A stretch of 64,000 nt of DNA from Phoronis australis. Taxonomy: Eukaryota; Animalia; Phoronida. Under the pieces are notes generated by a model. The model worked only from the letters and a program-made list of their open reading frames with translations, had not been told where the DNA came from and did no database searches. The position numbers were made by a program, and so were the translations under genes. Location: assembly GCA_002633005.1 (NCBI GenBank), contig NMRA01000480.1, positions 269,923-333,922 of the forward strand. Reading direction: 5' to 3'. Shown one piece after another: positions 50,109 through 59,971 of this stretch. Positions within the stretch are counted from its first letter, which is position 1. Each line of letters opens with the position of its first letter.

Positions 50109-50674
50109 ATCTGAATCCCAGAAATTTTGGTTGCGCGTTTTCGAAGTGCATCTTTCTACTGTCGATGAGTTTTATTTACGATACTGTCCTGTAATCATAC
50201 AGTATGAATAACACCTCACCGATTAAATCGGCCAGATATTATTGTACATGTACGTGTTTCAAGCACGCGGCTATTAAACATTACTGCAGAAACGAAATAG
50301 TTGCTGCTACACCACTTGCATGACAAGGCTAAAAATCGTTCATAGTCCGCAATTTTTTCACGTTGTTGTAGAGATAACCAATGACTGCTGAGGTTCCATC
50401 AACCAACGGTAAAGCGCGTGCTACTGAGTAGATACCTGCGTGCTGGCTAGGCACGTAGGGAACCAGCGAGGGGTTCCTGGATGAAATATACTTCCGGTTT
50501 CGCGGTTAGTACAACATGGCGGTGTGTTATTCGGGTCGGAATCGTGATTGGCGCGTTTATTTAAACTTTCTTCGAGTACGGATTGTTGGTTATGTGACAG
50601 GTACTACTTGACTCCTTATAATTTCTTCTATTAACCTTTTAATAAGGGTTAAAAACGTGCGCTACGAAGATTTT

Positions 50675-53600
50675 AAACGTGACTCAAGGGTTGCTCACTG
50701 GGAAACAAGTCATCAGGCGTCACTCACTAGTTGGGGAATGGGCAACATGTCATTAAACGTGGTTCACTGTATGGGGACTGCGTAACAAATCACCAAACAT
50801 GGGTCACTTGTAGTTGGAACTGGGTGACAAGTCATTAAACGTGACTTACTAGTTGGGTACTGGGTAATTTACGAGTCACGTTTAATGACTTGTAAAAAAA
50901 AAAAAAAACAAAAAAAACAGTGCAGGTGGTCTGATGTCATTTGCGGTGCATCAGACGTGCGCAGACCTCATGGTTGGGCCCATTGCACAAAACACCTGAG
51001 CAAAGTCACGAGACCCCAATTATGGCTCCTCGTGAAGAAAGTTTTCAAGTCTGCCAGTCTCCATTAGGAAAACGGACAGACGTTTCCATTTGTTGCCATG
51101 CACTATATGTTGTAGGCATGTAAAAATGCCATCCAGTAGGTTGCTCCTTAGCCTATAAAAAGCTGGGCAAGACTCTACCAGGTGTTTAGGAGATTCTACT
51201 TCAGTACCACACTCGGGACACACAGGGCTCCCCATATGCCCAGTAATGTGTCTGTGTCGGGCTAGGTTGCAGTGGCCCGTCAAAATTTGAATGACGTGTC
51301 TTATACCCAATCTATCTAGACTCAGAAGGCTGTTTGAACCTTTTGGTTCGATCACGTTGGGAACATTCTCCTTGGTCTCTCTGCAGGAGTTAAGTGATGC
51401 CCACTGGGCTGCTGACTGGGTATGTACCCAGTTGCGTATACTCATCCTGCAACATCCGTAAGATACCGGGATAGCAGGTTCAGGCACAAAATGCAGAACG
51501 CTTGCTCCTATCTTTGCTAGTCTGTCTGCATTCTCATTGCCATCAATTCCCACATGGGCCCTGACCCAGCGTATATTGACGGTTCTTTCAATTGCAAGCT
51601 TGTTAAGCTCATTAATACAAGCATTAACACAACAAGAGTTGACCCTTAGTTTCTTTAGGGCTTTTATTGCTGCCTGGCTATCTGAAAAGATGGTAATTGG
51701 CCGATTGCCAAGTTCAGTGTTATATTGTTGTGCCAGTTGAGCAGCTCTCTTAATTGCAGTGATCTCAGCCTGAAACACCGTGGCAAGATTGCCCAACGAT
51801 ACCCAGTTTTCTGCGTCTGCAACAGGAAGGTTTGGAAAGTAGACCCCAGCACCTGTCTGGCCATTTTCCAGTTTAGAGCCGTCCGTATAACAAACCACCT
51901 CATTCTTGTGTTCTGCGGTAGGCCATCCATCGCCAATTTCCGTGAAGAAATTGTTTGTATGATTTAAAGTTGTGACCTGGAAATCGCTAGGCATGTTCCA
52001 TAGTTGCCCAGTCTTGGCCATTAGCTTATTGCAAACATTCCTGTGGCTTCTGTGTGCAACGGAGTCAGGGATGTTAGTTTTCACCCACTGACCATTATAT
52101 TTGAGACGAAGTGCAGCACACGCAGCTTCACCCTCAAGGTATATGTTCAGTGGTGGTAGACCGATTAGCATTTCTAGGACTGCAGAAGGCGTTCCTGGAA
52201 AAGCAGAGGTTATGCACAGACAAGCTAGACGTTGCAGCTGCCTAAGTTTGTTGATAATTGTAAACTGTTTTAATGCCGTTACCCATATCGACGAAGCAAA
52301 GGACATTATAGGTCGGATAACAGCAGTATAAATCCAGAACATATTCTTGGGAGACATTCCCCAAGTTTTACCCACCGCACGACTGCATCTCACCAATGCA
52401 GATTTGGCTTTTGAGATTTTTTCTGTAATATGCGGGGTCCAGGAAAGACGATGGTGTAAAATGACACCTAAGTAAGTCGCCTTGTCTACAATATCAAGAT
52501 GTTTACCATTCAGCGTTAAAGGCCGCATTGACCATTTAAGCTTCCAAGTGAACATAATCACCTTTGTTTTGCCACCACTAATTTCTAAGCCGACTGACTT
52601 AGCCCATGTGGCTGTTGTATTCAGTTCTCTTTGAGCAAGATAGCGACATGTGTCAGGATCGATGCTAGACACACTGAGAACAATATTATTTGCATAGGCT
52701 TGAACATATAAGCTTGGACCCATGTCAGTAGATAATTGTCGAAGCAAACCATCCATAACCAAGTTAAAGAGGGTGGGTGAGGCAGCGCCACCCTGAGGTG
52801 TTCCTCTGGTGATGTGAACCGCCACTCTAACATTGTCTAGACAAGCAGTCACAACAGATTGACTTCCAAGCATGTTAATGATCCACCTGGTAAGACACCT
52901 ATTCACTTTAAAGTGGTTCAGTGCAATTCGAATCGCATCATGCTTAATATTGCTGAAAGCACCAACAAGATCAATGAAGGCACAGAGGGCAAATTGTTTA
53001 TTAAAAACAGCCCTTTCCAGTCTAGCAACCAGATGATGTAGAGCGGTCTCCGTAGAGAAGCCAGGCCTAAAAGCATACTGATTGTTCTGAAGTTTGTTCT
53101 GTATTCCTTGTTTATCAAGATGCCACAGAATGAGCCTTTCCAGTCCTTTGAGAAGAAAGGATGTTAAGGTTATAGGCCTAAATGATTCAGCCAAAAGGTA
53201 TGACTTGTCCCCAAATGCCTGAACTAGCGACCCCCGTTTAATGACGTGTTCCCCAGTCCCAAGACAATCAGTGCAATGGGCCTTCCTGAGTGGCGTGCGT
53301 AGGTCTGGTACAACGATATTTTAAACTAATTATTGAAATATTGGGAGGATATCTTATTCCAGTATTTAGCTATCCCTTATTCTTGATATAATAGAATCAC
53401 AGAAATGATAATTTAGCATTTCCCATAAATTTAACATTTCGTCGCTCAAAATGGATCAATTTTCCTTGCTTCAGTTCAACGTGACCTTTGACCTCTCATT
53501 TGACCTTGCATAATATCAGAAATGAACTCTCCGTCCTAAAAACATTGGAGGCCGATATCTTGAATTATAAAAATGCTCAAAGTTGCACAAAGCGCAACCA

Positions 53601-54265
53601 AGTTAATTTTATTCTCCGAACCACATATAATAAATTTCCAAAAGAAAACTTTACTGTAAACAAAATTGCAGGTTCAACTTTTTAGCAACTAAACTAACTA
53701 GTGAGTCACGTTTGATGACTTGTCCCCCAGCTCTCAACTTGTGATCCACGTTTAACAACTTGTTCCCCTGTGCCCAACTGGTTACCCACGTTTAAGTGAC
53801 TTGTTTTCCAATCCCCAGCTAGTGAGTCATGTTTAATGACATGTTACACAGTCCCCGAGTTATGAAACACCTTCAATGACGTGCTACTCAGTGTCCTACT
53901 AGTGAGTCACGTTTAATGAAATGCCTCCCAGTCTCCAATATGTTAGTTACTTTAATGACATGTCACCCAGTGCCCTACTAGGGAGTCACGTTTAATGACA
54001 TGTCAACCAGTGCCCTACTAGGGAGTCACGTGTAATGACTTCTTTCCAATTCCCTAACTAGTGATTTACGATTAATAATATGTAAACCAGTCCCCTACTA
54101 GTGAGTCACGTTTAAGATCGTGTTATCCCAGTCTCCAACAAGTGAGCCACGTTTAAGATCATGTTATCCCAGTCTCCAACAAGTGAGCCACGTTTAAGAT
54201 CAAGTTATCCCAGTCTCCAACAAGCGACTCACGTTAACTGACGTGTTTCACAGTCCCCAACTAAT
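50675..54265. repeat. 40-41-bp minisatellite (blocks 50675-50893, 53200-53262, 53695-54265), interrupted by insertions
   Basis: Consensus like CTAGTGAGTCACGTTTAATGACATGTCACCCAGTCCCCTA; units left of ~50870 are inverted relative to the rest. Confidence 0.9.
50894..53199 (-). mobile_element. 5'-truncated non-LTR retrotransposon with RT, RNase H and zinc knuckle (I/LOA/Nimb-like group)
   Basis: Open 724-aa frame: FRPITLTS, QYAFRPG.STE, FIDLVGAF, GTPQGG..SP.LF, YANN in place of YADD, YLGV; RNase H YTDGS/QAE/SDSQAA/GNENAD; CPEC..H..C; 9-bp TSD ATGACTTGT (50885-50893, 53200-53208). Confidence 0.95.
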
Positions 54266-54770
54266 GAGTTACGCAGTACTTTGCGCGTAGATGTGTTCTT
54301 GAAGGAAAGAGATTATAAATTAAAGTACTAACAATGTTCGCAAAAATCGTCACCTGGTTTTGTGAACAGGTTTCAAAAACATTCTAACTTTTCATTTCGT
54401 AAACATTGCTTCTCCTTGGACGAACCCAGGGTTGGGTTGGGGGGGGGCTCGAATGAGCCCGCCCATTTGTCGTATTGGGCCTCAATGAAACACAAGTACG
54501 AGCAAAAGGGACAAAAGTCCACAAAGTCGACACGAACTCGGCGCGGGTGCACAATTCGTAGGCCTGATTATAGTGGCCCCGTTTTCTTTTAATTCTCTTT
54601 GATATTTTTCAGCATAATATCCGCATACCGAAAAATTCGAGCCCCCTACATTTTAGGCTGGGTGTTCTCTGTCATACAAGGACAAAACTCAAACAGTATT
54701 TGTTTCATAATTATAAGCTTAACATTCCAATACTCACAATTTGTCATTAAGGTTTTACTTGGTTACTTAC

Positions 54771-57700
54771 TAGTTCCGTGACATGGATGCGTGTTGCATC
54801 TCCTTGTTTGTTTCCTATCACCATCGCATTCAACTCCTTTAGAATTACAACTTCTTGAACGCGTCAGAGAACCTACTCCACAGAGCTGTGTGCAGTTACT
54901 CCAAGCTGTCCAGGTGGACCACGTGGGTATTTCTATAGCACAAAATGGTCTCCTGCAAGTTCGTGAGTGCAAAGCTGTTCCAACACAACCAACTCCTTCC
55001 TGTGGGACACCTTTCTGCTTACAAGTTCGTGTTCTGTAGCCGTAACCCTTACAATTTTTTGGACATATAGACCAACTAGTCCAAGAAGTCCAATAGGACT
55101 CAAATAAACATCTTTTAAAACACGGAATAATTTCGGAACTATTCCGTGCGCCATGGGGTTCCCTAGGTCTCACACGCGATTGACTGGATTTATTTCTGGT
55201 GGCAGCACGTCCTTCTGTGACGCACGTGAAGTTGCACGAACCGTTTGATCTCCAAGGAAGCCAACCTTTGTTCACTGGCCCCGGATGTGGGCGACTAGGG
55301 CGTTCCATCTTTCTCGTAACATTCCTTTGAGAGGTCTGGTTTGATGAAATTGTCATGTTATGAAACGATCGCTTGTGCACTAGGGTAAATTTTACAGTTA
55401 TGTTTTTGCTGCACTTGAGATTTCCAGAGAGAGTTCTGTTGCGGAGTTTATGAAAGCGAGATGAGTTCAAACCGCTATTTGGAGAAAACGAAATTAAGGA
55501 ATTTGACGTATTATCTGTCCAACTTGCTAGCTGATTCACGTTTGGGGAGGAAACTGCGGTGGAGAGGTATTGATGACTGTTGTTTTTGCTAATCGATCTG
55601 GTGTCAATTGTTCGAATTATATTGCAAGGTGTACCCGTCACAGACTGATTTGTTAATAAAACCTGACGGTTGTCGGGGCTGTATGTAGAATTTGAATTTC
55701 TAAGTTTGATAAGACAACTTTTCCCCATACACTTTATGTTCTCAGTGCTGTTTCCCGAACACTTTGATTTTCTTATGTTGCCGTCAAATGACGACACACA
55801 TAATCTGTTTCGAGAACGACTACCACCGTCACATCTAACAGAACGACTACCACCGTCACAAGTACCAGAACGACTACCACCGTCACTACTAACAGAACAA
55901 CCGGACCAATCAGACCACCTAGTCAACTGATAGCTCACGTCAGTGTGATTGCTCAATCTCCTGACCTCACGCCCTTGATGTTGGCGTCGCGTATCTGCGT
56001 GAGTTTCATTCAGCACTCTAGTACAACGACTATCATTGTTTTGTTTCGTCCTATTGTCACGGTGGTAGCCCGGACAAAAATATATGTTGAATTCAGGCCT
56101 GCTATCATTGAACTGTTTTCGATAAAGTTCAGCCAAAGTGCTCATGTTCTGAGTTGACGATATTGTTTCAGAAATATTGCCGCTGTTCGGTAAGCATACG
56201 CATGACCTGTTGCCATATTTCTTAAAAAATTCGGTAAGATTGGCACATGGAGATGAAATATTCCACTTAAAATTCAAATCATACCCGAAACAAGTTATTT
56301 CTTCAATTGTGCTCCCTTGACAACGAAGATTTTCTAACGAAAGCAATGAACAATTGATCTCTCGTTTTTGTTGATTTTCTCCCTCACTCGTTAAACAGGG
56401 ACTCTTTGTACTTGTAAATGTCCCGTTGCCAACAACAGCATTCCAAAGTGACTCACACTGATTACCACGTTGTTGCTGGTACCATGTGGTATTGTTGTCG
56501 GTGTTGGCGGGTGCTGTGTTACGACGCTGCTCATATTTACCACCATCCCAAAAGTAGCGACGCCAGAAGCTTCTCGATGTCCAGTTTCCGGTAGTCAGAT
56601 CTGAGATGCTGGGAGTATGGGATAAGCTGTTATTTAACAAATCGGATGCGTTACCTTGTGCGCTAAGCCCGCATGGTTTGTTGGAGCATAAAATCGTCTC
56701 TGAGTCATTTTCGCTGCAGTGGTTACCAGTAAGATTAAACGAAACACAACGCTTGCTACGACGACGAAAGCCCTGTCCACAACTTACAGAACACGTTGTC
56801 CATTTCGTCCACGAGGTTCCAAGAAAAGTAATGTCTTTTAAGTCGCATTTTTTGTCATCAGTTGCGTTGCCAATGCAGTTTTTGTCGTCTAAGAGTGGAT
56901 ATGGCTGTGAGCACCCCCTCGTACGGATCTGTCGAAAATCTCCGTTCTCCCAAAAGCACTGGCTCCATGAACTCCAATTTCCCCAGTTTCCTTGAACGAC
57001 ACATGAAATGTTACATATTCCAAAGTGTTTATTACCGCCCCAACACACTTCCTTGCCAGATGGTGGATTGGCACAAGTTCGAGTCCTCACTCTGACGCCC
57101 ATCCCACATGATGGAGAACACTTGGACCACTGTGACCACTCCCTCCAACCACTCTCCTTGTCAGTTTGGTTGTACGTTGTATTTGTGGAACCTGTGTTAT
57201 ACTGTTCCCCGTCATCTTCTTCCGTATTATTTACAACTGTCAGCCCACCACGGAAGCAAGACACATGATTCTCATAAGTCGTATCGTTTAATGCACAAAT
57301 ACTTTGATTCCAACTAGTGTTATGAGTTCGGAGGTAGGTATTCGGTACAGTGGCATTTGTTAAAGAGTTTGATTCTCTGTTGCTCGATGCGTTGTGGTGT
57401 AGGTTGACATCACCATCCAAATTGAATGTTGTACGGCTTGTTAAATTCTTTTCCCAATAGTTTAGAAGTTTGTTTTCCTGCATATTTTTATATTTCAAGT
57501 TTTCGACATGGGCTCTGTCACTTAAATATTCAAGCGAATTGTTTTCCCCGCCGCCAGTCGATTTGTGAATTTCGAGATAGTTTGACGTTGATTCTGTTCT
57601 GTTAACGCTGACACCAGTGTTGTTCACTGCTCGTGAGTCTGCAATGGTTACATTGACATCCATGTTGCGCACTGACGGTGAGCCTGTCTTGCTGCCAGTA

Positions 57701-58304
57701 TCCTTGTTGTTTTTGCTGGTGTTGCTTATCGATTGTAAGCCAGGGCTAATGATACTGAGGTTGGCGTTGCTCACTGGAGAGCTGCATCTGCACAGACAAT
57801 TGACAGCCGATTCCTCACTGTTCGAACAGTTCTTGACTCTATTGAACAATGTCCAATTCTCAATGCAGCAAACTAGACATTTTAAGTGGTGTATAATGGA
57901 TGGAGAAGACGAGTTCTGATTGATGCCTTCAGTTTCATTCCCGGTGCAGGTTAGCATAAATGAATGACTGTCGGGCATCGCAGGTGTGGTAATGTTGACA
58001 CATCGCGACCATGCATTGTGCCACCCCCTGGAAGTTTTGGTATAACTTGCTTCTGACGCGTTTATGGAATATTTGCCGAAGTCAGCAATGCAATTGATGC
58101 AGCCGGTATCGTTCGTTCCTGACGATGGCAAACAACACAAAGTCTGACATCCCGTGCTTGTATTGGTGCAGTGTAAGTGTGCACCATGCAATGATTCTGT
58201 GCATGCGTGTGTATTGTTGCACAACGAGCGTGAACTATGCAAGCTGTCATTGCATACATGTACTTGGGTACAGCAAGCCGTGTCAGCGTCTATCTCACCA
58301 AGAG
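54771..58304 (-). CDS. 3534-nt exon encoding a thrombospondin type-1 repeat, Cys- and Asn/Ser/Thr-rich ectodomain
   Basis: Uninterrupted ORF; six canonical TSRs (WxxWxxC..CG.G.R.R.R.C) plus several decayed ones; acceptor TTTCTCCCTTGCAG (58305) and donor GTAAGT (54770), both phase 1; 27-bp tandem triplication at 55814-55890. Confidence 0.9.
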
Positions 58305-58474
58305 CTGCAAGGGAGAAATCATTCCAGTAGCTCATATTCAATTTTGTTTTCAAGCATTAGTGTTTGTTTTTTTAGATATCTTGTAATTTACATGTTGCCC
58401 AATGAGTCACCCGTGAGGCTTTGTAAAGAGGTGATAACTCCCTTATAATAATGATATTGATTAACAGATTGCTG

Positions 58475-59494
58475 CAGTGGCGGATCTAGGATATCACAAG
58501 GGGGGGGGGGCAACATTTTGTCCGGCTGTAAACATTTGCGCAAACTGAACCACGATTGTAGATGCGAATAGCACCGAATGGGGGGNNNNNNNNNNNNNNN
58601 NNNNNNNNNNNNNNNNNNNNNNNNNNNNNNNNNNNNNNNNNNNNNNNNNNNNNNNNNNNNNNNNNNNNNNNNNNNNNNNNNNNNNNNNNNNNNNNNNNNN
58701 NNNNNNNNNNNNNNNNNNNNNNNNNNNNNNNNNNNNNNNNNNNNNNNNNNNNNNNNNNNNNNNNNNNNNNNNNNNNNNNNNNNNNNNNNNNNNNNNNNNN
58801 NNNNNNNNNNNNNNNNNNNNNNNNNNNNNNNNNNNNNNNNNNNNNNNNNNNNNNNNNNNNNNNNNNNNNNNNNNNNNNNNNNNNNNNNNNNNNNNNNNNN
58901 NNNNNNNNNNNNNNNNNNNNNNNNNNNNNNNNNNNNNNNNNNNNNNNNNNNNNNNNNNNNNNNNNNNNNNNNNNNNNNCCGTTTTTCGTGTTGGCAATAA
59001 TGACGGGATTGCTTTGGAAATCGTCTTAACATAAGGTTTGACAAAGAGAGTATTGCGAGTTTCTGAGTGATTCACTAAGGCTTCGATTAAAATTCCCATC
59101 TTACCAGCAGCTTCTGTTTTTTCATCGTCACTCAGATTCCATTTTCTTTAAAAAATGAAGTAAATTTTCTTCATTGCACAGTGGAGCAGACGACGGAAAC
59201 TGAGTTGTAGTGCACAGCGCTTCTGCCGGTCGCCTGGGATATCGCGGGAGAGCCTATACTTAACCATAGTTCCGTTACGAATGCGCCGTGTTCCGAATTT
59301 GACACTTGAAATTGGATTTGAGCCCCCCCAACACTAAAACTGCACACATTTAAATCTTTTTTCATCCGTATAATTTTAATTACCGGGGTTAATTAATAAG
59401 ATCAACATTTCCCTACGCTATTACTGTTTTATTTTTTTGCGGCAGCCAAGGGGGGGGGGCCGGGCCCCCTGGGCCCCCCCTAAATCCGCCTATG
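58475..59494 (+). mobile_element. hAT-like MITE with 5-bp TSD in intron of TSR gene
   Basis: CAGTGGCGGATCTAGG ... CCTAAATCCGCCTATG flanked by TGCTG (58470-58474, 59495-59499); homologous to 25578-26187. Confidence 0.85.
58586..58978. other. Assembly gap (N run)
   Basis: Seen directly. Confidence 1.
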
Positions 59495-59943
59495 TGCTGA
59501 AGCGCGATAGCAACCGAAACATGAAGGGAATTGCCAATAATTCAGAAGTATATGGCGTTCATCGTATGAGCACCTTCGTCTGACAGACGTAGTGTGTAAC
59601 CAATACAGTCACAGGGTATCTCACTGTTCTTTCGCGGAAAACATGAAATCGCAGACATAAAATACACAAACAATAAAAATAAAATAAATTAAGACTTCTG
59701 ACTTCAGTAAAGAGTTACAGTTTGAAACCAATTTAAAGCAGTATGATAAGTTCCCCTTTGGCTGGGAGAGTGAAGGACCTCAACCAATTAAGAAGTTGTC
59801 GGGAGTGCAAGTTTATCAAGAAATTAATGTACAGTGTAGAACTTCATGAATTTGAGGCCATACAAACTAACGAATGGCTTCACACCCAATATAGACGTTT
59901 AGCCTAACCTAACATCTAACATAGACTGAAAAATCGTGATTAC

Positions 59944-59971
59944 CTGAGAAAAAGAACAGCACACCTAACAT
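59944..59971 (-). CDS. Putative signal-peptide exon of TSR membrane protein
   Basis: AAAATG then MLGVLFFFS and a phase-1 donor CAG|GTAATC; splicing gives MLGVLFFFSALGEIDA-DTACC. An in-frame alternative ATG at 60007 adds MLLIITLSTQRK. Confidence 0.65.

Noticed and set aside
58305-58353. N-terminus MKTKLNMSYWNDFSL of the 1196-aa ORF as the true start
   Set aside because: It starts at a TTG, has no signal peptide and overlaps a good polypyrimidine/CAG acceptor, so it is better explained as intron.
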